A DNA stretch of 64,000 bases, from the NCBI RefSeq assembly GCF_004010195.1, contig NC_057752.1, positions 1,474,704 to 1,538,703 of the forward strand. Direction: 5' to 3'. The first letter of the stretch is position 1. The number at the start of each line of letters is the position of its first letter. A model generated the notes under the pieces. That model did not search any database and was not told the origin of the DNA. It saw nothing but the letters and a program-made list of their open reading frames with translations. Shown here one piece after another: positions 10,631 through 21,500 of this stretch. Position numbers and translations under genes: made by a program. The stretch is from Chiloscyllium plagiosum (taxonomy: Eukaryota).

Positions 10631-12560
10631 TAAACAGGAGATTGAGTCCCCTCAATTTAGGGGACTGACTCTCTGTTGCCTGGTACTATAGTCAGTGTCT
10701 TACTGTTAGTTTCTGCTTTTTTTGGGAGGGGGAAAACATGATTCCAGAACTGGCTGAATTATTTAGCCAGTTTGTTAACTGGTATTCCTCTTAGTGAGGA
10801 CTGATTGTTAAACTCCTGATGCACATAATGTGTTTCAGGTGTAACTCAGTTCTCATTAGGGGATTGTTGTTTCACTGGCTGGTTGCAGCCTCTGTGTTTC
10901 TCTTTTTGAGAAAAGGACAATGTTAATTTTATGGTAGGGCTTAGCCCTTGGACTCTAGTTTTCTTTGCTTTTTGTATGTGTCTTCACTTTTGGTGGTTGG
11001 ACTGAGCCTTTGTGGAAGACATACATTTTACCAGAAGAGCTGTTCCTGTGGGGAGGCCTAGCCCTGGGATTGGGCCTCTGAAGATTGAATACCTGTGTGT
11101 GTGCTGGGAGGTGAGCAGTTGCTGTAGCCTGGAGTTTGGGCGAAGACTTTCCTTTGGGAGTGGACCAAACGCCTGTGAGTTAACTGCACCTGTACAATGT
11201 ACTGAGTCCCTGTGAGTTGGCCCGGCTCTCCAAGGCTGGACCAGGACTCCATCGAGACTGAACACCTGTGTGCTGTCGGGTGTGCATTTGCTGCCTCCAG
11301 GAGTGGACTCTGCCCTTGGTTGTGGACTGTTTTTAGCAACGGACTCTGCAGTTTGGAGCGGACTCTATTTCTGACATTGCACATTGTATACTGGAGTAGA
11401 CTCCTCCTGGAAATGGATTCCATATCTTGAAGGCTGTATAGATTTGGACAGTGTACCAGAAAAGACTGTTTTTTGGTAACTAACTGTATTGTGGTGTTTC
11501 CTGGGTCTATCACCTGCACTGTCTTGCGTGTCCCTGGGTCTGGCAGGCCTTGCTATGAGCTGGGAGGCTCATGGGTCGTCCTGAAAGCTGTCACCCTGAG
11601 AGCCGGAGGGTGGGTAGGCTATCCTGTGAACCTGAAGGTTGGTAGGCTGTCCTGAAAGCCAGAGGGTGGGTAGGCCACCCTGATGCCAGTCGCCCCGAGA
11701 GCCAGATGGTGGGTAGGTTGTTCTGAGCACTGTTGTCCCGAGAAGGGGTAATCGGGACAAGGTACCCTAGAGGTGGTCGAAAGGTGTGTCAGGGCAGCTG
11801 AGCACCAGAAGGTGCGTAGGGGCGGGCTGAGATCTGGAAGGCTTGTGGGCTACCCTGCATGCTGTCATCCCAGGGAAGGATACGGGCTGTCCTAGAGGTG
11901 GCCGGAAGGTGTGCCAGGATAGCCCACTGGCCAGATGGCGCATCGGGGTGGGTGAGAGCCCAATGGTACATGGGGGCAGACAGAGAGCCAGAAGGCGGGT
12001 AGCCGTCCTCAGCGCTGTCACCCCAGGCAGGTACCGAGGCGGGCTGTCCCAGAGGTGGTCGGAAGGTGCTGAGGGTGGTTAGTGAAGCCGGAAGGTGGGT
12101 GGGCCGTCCTGACCACTGTCACCCTGGGCGGGTACTGGGGTGGGCTGTCCCAGAGGTGGTCGGAAGGTGCTGAGGGTGGTTAGTGAAGCCGGAAGGTGGG
12201 TGGGCCATTCTGACCACTGTCACCCTGGGCGGGTACTGGGGTGGGCTGTCCCAGAGGTGGTCGAAAGGTGTGTAGGGGTGGATTGCCTTAGAGTGGCTGG
12301 AAGGTGGGAGGGATGGGGGCTTGCTGGGTCTGTATTGTATGCACCGTTTATGTAACTTATGTACAAAAGTCATTGTCACTGTCTTTTATATGTGAAACTG
12401 GGATTTGAAGTTTGTCCTCCTCTCCCTGTAAACTGGTTGAACAGTAGGGTTTGGGGCCTGACTTTGCAGCTCCTCTCCCTTGTAAAATTGCTGTTGTATA
12501 CAGCTGTAAATGTTAACTGTTTCTTGTAAACTGTTTTGTAATTTGTTTAATAAAATATTA
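10631..12560 (+). repeat. Unclassified tandem unit 1 (1930 bp)
   Basis: Begins taaacaggag; hairpin-rich 5' part, GGACTCT cluster, GC-rich subrepeats, T-rich 3' region, AATAAA 12549-12554. Confidence 0.9.
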
Positions 12561-14390
12561 TAAACAGGAGATTGAATCCCCTCAATTTAGAGGACTGACT
12601 CTATGCTGACTGTGCCACAGTCAGTGTGTTACTGTTGTAGTTGGGTTCTGCTTTTTTGCGGGGAGGGGGGGGAACCTGATTTCTGAACTGGTTGAATTAT
12701 TTAGCCAGTTTGTTAACTGGTATTCCTTTTAGCGAGGATTGTATGCATCAGGTAGTTTAGAAATCAGTGTTTCGGGTGTAACTCCATTGTCATTCGGGGA
12801 TTGTTTCACTGGCTGGTTACAGCCTGTGTTACTCTTTTTTTTTTTGTCCTTTTCTCAAAAGTAAAAAAGAGAAATGTGGATTTTATGGTAGGGCTTAGCC
12901 CTTGGACTCTAGTTTTTTGTTTTTTGTATGTGTCTTCACTTTTTTTTGGTGTTTGAACTGAGCCCTTGTGGAAGACATACATTCTACCAGAGGAGCTGTT
13001 CCTGTGGGGAGGCCTAGCCCTGGGACTGGGCCTCTGAAGATTGAACATCTATGTGTGAGCTGGGAGGTAAGTACTTGCTGTATCCTGGAGTTTGGGAGAA
13101 GACCTTGCCTTCAAGAGTGGACCAAAACCCCTGTGAGTTAACTGCTCCTTTAAAATGTACTGTGTTCCTGTGAGTGGCCCTGGCTCTGAGGATGGGCCAG
13201 GGCTCCATGGAGACTGAACACCTGTGTGCTGCTGTTTGGAGTGGGCTCCACTTCTGACAATGCATGTTGTAAACTGGAGTAGACTCTGTGTTCCTGAGAA
13301 TGGACTCTATATTTTTGAAGACTCTATATCTGGACTCTCTGTGTACCAGAAAGGACTCTTGTTTGTTTGTTTGTTTGTTGATGATTAACTGTCATGTTGT
13401 TTGTTGGGTCTATCATCTGCACTGTCCTGTGTATCCCTGGATCTGGCAGGCCTTACTGTGAGCTGGGAGGCTCATGGGTCGTCCTGAAAGCTGTCACCCT
13501 GAGAGCCGGAGGGTGGGTAGACCACCCTGATGCCAATCATCCTGAGAGCCAGATGGTGGATAGACCTTTCTGAGCGCTGTCATCCCAAGAAGGGGTGATC
13601 AGGACGGGCTGTCCTAGAGGTGGTTGGAAGGTGCGTCAGAGCAGCCAAGAGCCAGAAGGTGCGTAGGGGCAGGCTGGGATCTGAAAGGCTTGTGGGCTAC
13701 CCTGCACACTGCCCTCCCTGGGGAGGGGGATGGGCTGTCCTATAGGCGGCCAGAAAGTGTGTCAAGGGAGCCCACTGGCCGGATGGTGCATCGGGGTGGG
13801 TGAGACCCCAATGGTACGCTGGGGCAGACAGAGCTGGAAGGCAGATAGCCATCCAATCTGTCACCCCGGGCAGGTTCCGGGGTGGGTTTTCCTAGAGGTG
13901 GTCGAAAGGTGCTGAGGGTGGTTAGTGAAGCCGGAAGGTGGATAGGCCGTCCTGACCGCTGTCACCCCGAGCGGGTACCGGGGTGGGCTGTCCTCGAGGT
14001 GGTTGGAAGGTGTGTCAGGGCGGACCGAGAACTGGAAGGGGCATGGGGTGGACCAAGAGCCGGAAGGTACGTAGGGGTGGGCTGCCTTAGAGCGGCTGGA
14101 AGGTGGGAGGGGTGGGGGCTTGCTGGTCTGTATTGTCTGCACTGTTTTTATGTAACTGGATTGGCTTTTTATGCACAAATGTCATTGATGTCTTTTCATG
14201 TTTGAAATTGGGATTTGAGGTTTGTCCTCATTTCCCTGTAAACTGGTTGAGTGGTAGGGTTTGGGCTGGGTTTTGCTGCTCCTGCCCATTGTAAAATTGC
14301 TGTTGTATACAGCCGTAAATGTTAACTGTTTTTTGTAAACTGTGTTTTGTAATTGCTTAATAAAATAAATAAACAAGGGGAAAAAAAAAA
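12561..14390 (+). repeat. Unclassified tandem unit 2 (1830 bp)
   Basis: Collinear with unit 1; AATAAA 14359-14364 and A10 run 14381-14390. Confidence 0.9.
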
Positions 14391-15844
14391 TAAACAGGAG
14401 ATTCAGAGTCCCCTCAGTTTAGGGACTGACTCTATGCTGGCTGGGCCACAAGTCAGTGTGTTACTGTTACTGTTGGTTTCTGGTTTTTTTTGGCGGTGGG
14501 GACCTGATTTCTGAATTGGCTGAATTATTTAGCCAGTTTATTAACTGTTATTCCGTTGGAGCGGACGGATTTCTAAACTGCCTGATGCACGCAATGTGTT
14601 TCAGGTGTAACTCCATTCTCATTAGGGGATTGTTGTTTCACTGGCTAGTTATAGCCTGTGTGTGACTCTCCTTTTCTCAAAAGTAAAAGGAGAGAAAAAA
14701 AATGTTAATATTGTGGTAGGGCTTAGCCCTTGGACTGTAGTTTTTTTTTAGTCTTTTTTCATATGTGTCCTCACTGTTTTTTGGTGTTTGGACTGAGCAC
14801 TTATGAGAAATTACAACCTTCCAGCGGAGCTGTTCCTGTGGGGAGGCCTAGCCCTGGGACTGGGCCTCTGAAGATTGAACACGTGTGTGTTGGGAGGTGA
14901 GCACTTGCTGTGTCCTGGAGTTTGGGAGAAGACCTTGCCTTCAGGAGTGGACCAAACCCCTGTGAGTAAACTGCAACTTTACAATATACTGTGTTCCTGT
15001 GAGTGGGCCTGGTTCACCAAGGATAGGCCAGGACTCCATGGAGATTGAATGAATACCTGTGGGGTGTGCATTTGCTGCCTTTGGGGGTGGGCTCTGCCCT
15101 CTGCTAAAAACTCTGCAGTTTGGAGAGGACTCTATTCTTGACAATGCACTTTGTATACTGGAGTGGACTCTGCTCCTGGGAAAGGACTCTACATCTTGAA
15201 GAAAACTTTATGGTAATGGACTCTGTGTGTACCAGAAAGGACTCTGTTTGTTTGTTGATGATTAATTGTCATGTTGTTTGTTGGGTCTATCACCTGCACT
15301 GTCCTGTGTATCCCTGGGTCTGGCAGGCCTTACTGTGAGCTGGGAGGCTCATGGGTCGTCCTGAAAGCTGTCACTCTGAGAGGCGGAGGGTGGGTAGACC
15401 ACCCTGATGCCAGTCATCCTGAGAGCCAGATGGTGGGTGGGCTGTTCTGAGCGCTGTCATCCCAAGAAGGGGTGATCAGGATGGGCTGTCCTAGGGGTGG
15501 TTGGAAGGTGTGTCAGGGCGGACCGAGAACTGGAAGGTACGTTGGGGTAAGTTGCTTTTGACTAGCTGGAAGATGGGAGGGATGGGGGCTTGCTGGGTCT
15601 GTATTGTATGCACTTTTTAATGTAATTGGATTGCCTTTTTATGTACAAATGTCATTGTTGCTGTTTGTAATGTTTGAAACTGGGATTTGAGGCTTGTCCT
15701 CATTTTCCCGGTAAACTGGTTGAACGGTTGGGTTTGGGGCCTGGCTTTGTTGCTCCTTTCCCTTGTGAAATTGCTGTTTCTTTGTATACAGCTGTTAATG
15801 TTAACTTTTTTTTTGTAAACTTTTTTTATTTTATTAAACAATTA
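14391..15844 (+). repeat. Unclassified tandem unit 3 (1454 bp)
   Basis: Collinear, with fewer GC subrepeats; ATTAAA 15833-15838; LTR resumes at taaaacagaag. Confidence 0.9.
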
Positions 15845-15975
15845 TAAAACAGAAGAGGTCAGTCTCCTAACTCGAGGGACTAGCTCTGAGCTGGCTGATC
15901 AGAGCCCACTTACTGTGCACAAGTAACTAAAGGATGACTTGGTTATGTGATCGTATCTTCTGTGTAGTTATTTCA

Positions 15976-16365
15976 GTATCAGTGAACAGTTTATTGCGAA
16001 GCAAATGCTGCTTGATAGCACTATTGATGACCCCCTTCCATCACCTTTTTTTTTTCTGATAGGGTGGTAATTGACTGGGTTGGATTTTTTTCTGCCTTTT
16101 GACATACCTGGACAGTGTTTTTGTGTCGTTGGGAGGATTCCAGTGTTGTAGTTACACTGGAACAATTTCAGAGGGCACTTGAGCCAACCACTTCGCTGGG
16201 ACTGGACTGACACATTGGCCAGGCCAAGTAAAGACAGCATGTTTCCTTCTGTAAAGGAATGACTAGGAAGGTTTTAGTGACAATGGTTTCATGGTCATCT
16301 TTCAGCTTTTAATTCCACATTTTTTTTTATTGTATTCAAATTCCACTATCTGCTGTGTTGGCATT
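15976..16365 (-). mobile_element. CR1-Zenon-like LINE, 5' part including tRNA-like head remnant
   Basis: tgctgcttgatagcact; tattgtattcaaattccactatctgc is the reverse complement of the head seen at 23015-23042. Confidence 0.65.
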
Positions 16366-16369
16366 CATG

Positions 16370-16555
16370 TGTCTTAACCAATGTTTGCCACTCAACAAAT
16401 ATTTCAAACACATTACCTGGTTATTGTCGCAATGATTCTGTGCACAACTTGGCTACTATGTTTCCCTAATTGCAGTAGTGCCCACACTTCTGAAGCACTT
16501 TATTGACTATAAAGCACTTTGAGATGGACTATTGATTGCAAAATATCTATAATTG
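16370..16555 (+). mobile_element. DeuSINE 3' half
   Basis: ttacctggttattgtc, cacacttctgaagcactttattgactataaagcactttgag. Confidence 0.6.
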
Positions 16556-16613
16556 TACCACTGTTGTAGCTGAGAATAATCTAACCTACGGTTAACGTAA
16601 GCTACATGAAAAT

Positions 16614-17039
16614 GATTTGGAGATGTTGGTGTTGGACTGGGGTTTACAAAGTTAAGTCACACAACACCAGGTTATAGTCCAACAGGCGGCACGGTGGCAC
16701 AGCAGTTAGCACTGCTGCCTCACAGCGCCTGAGACCCGGGTTCAATTCCCGCCTCAGGCGACTGACTGTGTGGAGTTTGCACGTTCTCCCCGTGTCTGCG
16801 TGGGTTTCCTCCGGGTGCTCCGGTTTCCTCCCACAGTCCAAAGATGTGCAGGTCAGGTGAATTGGCCATGCTAAATTGCCCCTAGTGTTAGGTAAGGGGT
16901 AAATGTAGGGGAATGGGTGGGTTACGCTTCGGCGGGTCGGTGTGGACTTGTTGGGCCAAAGGGCCTGTTTCCACACTGTAATGTAATCTAATCTAAGGTC
17001 CTGTTGGAGTATAACCTGGTGTTGTGACTTTTAACTTTG
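16614..17039. mobile_element. Fold-back Penelope-like terminal fragment with 11-bp flanking duplication
   Basis: Arms acaaagttaagtcacacaacaccaggttatagtccaacag and ctgttggagtataacctggtgttgtgacttttaactttgt; tacatgaaaat at 16603-16613 and 17040-17050. Confidence 0.8.
16685..16996 (+). mobile_element. HE1 SINE, full length, at the fold-back centre
   Basis: Canonical head, body and (ATCTA)n tail. Confidence 0.92.
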
Positions 17040-17914
17040 TACATGAAAATAGGTCTGTTTTATAAACCTGGAAGAATAGAATTGTCGAAGCAGATTGGGC
17101 TGGTGGCATTTACCCAGTGACTTGATTAGCCCCTGGCTTGTTTATTTAACAGCTCACATGGGATCAGGGTTTTTTCCCCATAGATTAGAGAGAGGCCTCA
17201 AATACCAAAACTTAAGGGTAATAAGTCAAAACTGGGAAATCCCAGGCCTGTTAGCTTTTCTGATTGTAGGCAAGTTGCCAGAAGGATAATTAAAGATATT
17301 GCATGATTTTCTGGACAGGGAAGAGTTGATTTGGAGTTTTTATATGTCTTTAGAGAAAAGATCTTTTTGTTAACATCATAGTTTAATTTTTTTTTTGCAA
17401 AGAGGTTGCTAAATAGATGATGGTCCTTGACAAACCGTGACTTCAGGTTGCTCAATAAGGTACAGTTCTATGGAATTGGTCTTGAGTTGGATAACCAATT
17501 TGTGGCAGACTCCTAACCAGTCTGTTTTCTTGAAAATTATTAGTGGACTCCTGCAAGGATCAATATTGGAACTATTGCTCTTTGCAAGTATTTAATATTC
17601 TGGATGCAAACATTGAGGGAGCTATCAGCAAGTGTGAGTGCGCAGAGCTGGATTTTGTGATGAGAAAGTAATGCAGTAAAACTGGCATAATCCAGACACC
17701 ACAATGCTCCATCTCCCCTCTTTAACTGAAAAAGATCAGATGGTGAAGGTTTAAGCCTCTGCAAGTTGTAGTTTATGCAACATATATTTTTGTTTGCCAT
17801 TGCCATTGACTGTAATGGGTTAGCCAGTATTGTTAAAGTTACTGGCACCAATTGATCCTGGTGCATGCTGGATTATGCAAATTTCACTGCACTATATCTT
17901 CTGCCAAAAGGTTG

Positions 17915-19155
17915 TCGATGCTGGACTATAGCAAGGCCTTTGACAAGGTTCCACATACAATCAGGATTAGAAGGTTGGAGCACATGGGATCCAGGGAGAG
18001 CTAGCCGATTGGATACAAAATTGGCTTGATGGTAGGAGAGAATGGTGGTGGAGGGTTGTTGTTCAGTCTGGACGTCAGTGGTGTGCTGTAAGGATCCTGC
18101 TGAGTCCACTGTTGTACGTCACTTTTATATAAAATGATTTGGATGAGAATACAGAAGGCACAGTTCGTAAGTTTGGAGATTACACCGAAATTGGTGGTGT
18201 GGTGCAGTGAAAGAAGGTTACCTCTGAGTACAACTGATCTTGATCAACTGGGTCAGTGGGCTGAGGAATAGCAAATGGAGTTTAATTCAGATAAATGCCA
18301 GGTATTGCATTTTGGTAAGACAAACCAGGGCCAGACTTGCACAATTCATGGTGGGATCCTATGGAATATTATTGAACAGAAGGACCTGGGAATGCAGGTG
18401 CCTCGTTCAAAAAGTGGAATTTAATACTGATTGTGAGGTGATGCACTTTGGAAGAAGGAACATGAGAAGGGAGTACTTGATGAATAGCAGGACACTAGGA
18501 AGCTCAGAGGGATCTTGGGGTGTATATCCACAGATCCCTGAAGAAGGTATAGCTTAATAGAGCAGTTAAGGAAAGCATACATTGCACTTACAATCTAGGC
18601 CACAACTGATAAAAGGTAAGAGCAGGGAGGTTACATTGGAGATGTACAGAACTTTGGTTAGGCCACAGCTAGAGTACTGTGTGTGGTTCTGGACACTGCA
18701 ATAGGAAGGATGTGATTGCACTGAAGGGTGTGCAGAGGAGATTCACCAGGATGTTGCCTGGGATCAGCAATTTTGTGATGGAGAAGCTGAATAATATCGG
18801 GCTCTTATCTTTCAAGCAGAAAAGACTGAGGGGCCTGATTGGGGTCTATAAGATTGAGGGGTACGGACAGGGTGGATAGGAAGCAGCTGTTCCCCTTAAG
18901 TTACAGGGACAAGATTTTAAAGTGAAAGGTAGGACTTTTTTCTAACTTGAGGGTGGTGAGAATCTGCAATGCAGTGTTTCAGGCAGGAAACCTCAACCTT
19001 TTTTAAAAGTACTTGGATGAGCACTTGAAATGTCATAACATTCAACACTTTGGGACAAATGCTGGAAAGTGCAATTTGTGCTGATTTTAGAGGTTTTTTT
19101 TTGAGTCTTCACCAATGGGCTGAAGGGTCTCTTCTATACTGTATGGTTCTATGAA
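17915..19155 (+). mobile_element. Degenerate CR1 ORF2 fragments (probably two copies)
   Basis: caaggcctttgacaaggttcc (KAFDKV), CEVMHFGRRN, GVQRRFTRMLPG with frameshifts. Confidence 0.85.
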
Positions 19156-19511
19156 TCTTGTGAAGGCCGTGACCAATGCTGAGAGACAATAACAAAATAA
19201 AGTATTGGAATGTGTTGTGTTTTAATTATACTTTGGTGATGGGCATGAACTAAGGATTTAGTTGTGTCCCTATAACTAACTAGACTCCAGATGGCAGAAT
19301 CTTTTATATGAGCCTAAATAATGTAGGCCATGGTGAGGAATGTGTCAATTGCACGAGAAGTCCAGCAAGGCATACCTCAATGTCAAGAATGACTTGCTGC
19401 ATCTTTTAACTAGGCTCTGGGTGTTGAAGCTTGATTCTCATGAGGCAATGGTGATTTACCTATTAAGGGGGTTATTGCTTGTTAATGCCCTTCTTTTGGC
19501 ACTTCTCACGT

Positions 19512-20685
19512 CGATAGGAAGGAGACCAGAATTGCACGCAATATTCCAACCGTGGCCTAACCAATGTCCTGTACAGCTGTAACATGACCTCCCGACTCCT
19601 GTACTCGATACTCTGACCAATAAAGGAAAGCATACCATACGCCGCCTTCACTATCCTATCTACCTGCGACTCCACTTTCAAGGAGCTATGAACCTGTACT
19701 CCAAGGTCCCTTTGTTCAGCAACACTCCCTAGGACCTTACCATTAAGTGTATATGTCTTGCTAAGATTTGCTTTCCCGAAATGCAGCACCTCTTCTTTAT
19801 CTAAATTTAAACTCTATCTGCCACATCTCAGCCCATTGGGCCCGTCAGTTCAAGATCCTTTTGTAATCTGAGAGAACCTTCTTCACTGTCCACTACACTG
19901 TCCAATTTTGGTGTCATCTGCAAACTTACTAACTATACTACTTATGCTCCCATCCAAGTCCTTTTATATAAATAAGTAGTGGATCCAGCACCAATCCCTG
20001 TGGCACTCCACTGGTCACAGGCCTCCACCCTGAAAACCAACCCTCCACCACCACCCTCTGTCTTCTACCTTTGAGCCAGTTCTGTATCCAAATGGCTAGT
20101 TCTCCCTGTATTCCGTGAGATCTAACCTTGCTAACCTGTCTCCCATGGGGAACCTTGTCGAACGCCTTACTGAAGTCTATATAGATCACATCTACCACTC
20201 TGCCCTCATCGATCCTCTTTGTTACTTCGTCAAAAAACTCAGTCAAGTTTGTGAGACATGATTTCCCACGCACAAAGCCATGTTGATTATCCCTAATCAG
20301 TCCTTGCCTTTCCAAATACATGTGCATCCTGTCCCTCCGGATTCCCTCCAATAACTTGCCAACCACCGAGGTCAGGCTCACCGGTCCTTACCGCCCTTCT
20401 TAAACAGTGGCACCATGTTAGCCATCCTCCAGTCTTCTGGCACCTCACCTGTGACTATCGATGATACAAATATCTCAGCAAGGGGCCCAACAATCACTTC
20501 CCTAGCTTCCCACAGAGTTCTCGGGTACACCTGATTAGGTCCTGGGGATTTATCCACCTTTTTATGCATTTCAAGACCACATTTCAAGACTTCCTCCTCT
20601 GTAATATGGATATTTTTCAAGATGTCACCACCTATTTCCCTATATTCTATATCTTCTACGTCCTTTTCTGCAGTAAATACTGATT
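19512..20685 (-). mobile_element. CR1 LINE ORF2 RT fragment
   Basis: ORFs with DKSPGP, QHGFVRGKSCLTNL, YIDFSKAFDKVPH, SGVPQG, LYRTLVRPRLEYCVQFW. Confidence 0.95.
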
Positions 20686-20739
20686 CACCGAATGAATGTC
20701 TTGAAGATGGTAGAAAATGTGTAAAAGTTTACCAGGGTA

Positions 20740-21500
20740 TGAAAACCCTTAGAGTTTGAGCCGTTTGACCAGTGGAAGAATGCAATGGATATGGATTATA
20801 TCCTGACCAGCAAGGAATCAAGATCTGATCTTGACGTTGTTACTGCCTTCAGAAGTAAAAGAACTAAATCTCTTGTGAGCTGGATGCCTGTTAGTTGGAT
20901 AGAGATGCAGGTTTAGGCCTTGTACTTGAGAGTTCTTGGGTAAAATTTGTAAAATGTTTGTTTGATTTATTCGCTGTCAATGAGGCATGGTCAGAATTTC
21001 ATAGATTTTGGATCACTGTTTTCATGAAGAAATATATTGTGGGCTGTAAGATGTTGTATGAAAGATGATGAAATTCAATTTGGGAATCCATGGATCTGTA
21101 ATGGTGTTCAAATGGCAGGATTCCATGAGGGTCAGGCTATTGGTTCAAACTGATGTTTGAAGGAGAATCTAGCTGTCTTCTGCCTTGCAGGGGCAGGGGG
21201 TTGGAGAAGTACGTGCTGCACAACGGTTACTTGCTTCAGCAGAACAGGTGGAACATTTTGTGGTGACACAAGGAATAGGAGACACGATGGTTAAATTTTT
21301 GGAAGAGCCCATTTATTAGATGCAGGTATTAATTATTTCAAGGGTTCAAGACTGGCGGGCTGAGGATGAAAGCATTTTTAGCAGATCTGATGATTGCAGA
21401 AGATAGCACCTGAAACAAGAATCATCGATGCATAAATCCAAGGAATAATGAATAAATGCTTCAGGTGAGACTCTAAGTATCATTACTTCATGCACTGCTG
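20740..21500 (+). mobile_element. Degenerate LTR-retrotransposon gag remnant
   Basis: Conceptual translation gives EAWSEFHRF, KFNLGIHGSVMVFK and C-F-R-*-D-S-K-Y-H-Y-F-M-H-C at 21457-21498 (CX2CX4HX4C knuckle with the second Cys mutated to stop). Confidence 0.5.

Larger units (their letters stand above)
10533..15975 (+). mobile_element. Solo LTR (probably Gypsy-type), split at its TATA box: left 10533-10630, right 15845-15975
   Basis: Starts TGTAGTGATT, ends AGTTATTTCA (TG...CA); TATAAA at 10629; host LINE resumes on both sides. No clean TSD seen. Confidence 0.7.

Noticed and set aside
11058..11519. 153-aa ORF and other ORFs in the tandem units
   Set aside because: Frames are not preserved among the three units and no domain is recognisable.
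11240..12320. CRISPR-like repeat-spacer array
   Set aside because: Eukaryotic context, degenerate repeats, spacers related to each other, no cas genes.
12775..12830. Twister-ribozyme-like words (UAAC...GGUUACAGCC)
   Set aside because: Lacks the conserved CAAGCC loop and 3' GAG strand; explained by a simple ggtgtaac/gttacagcc stem.
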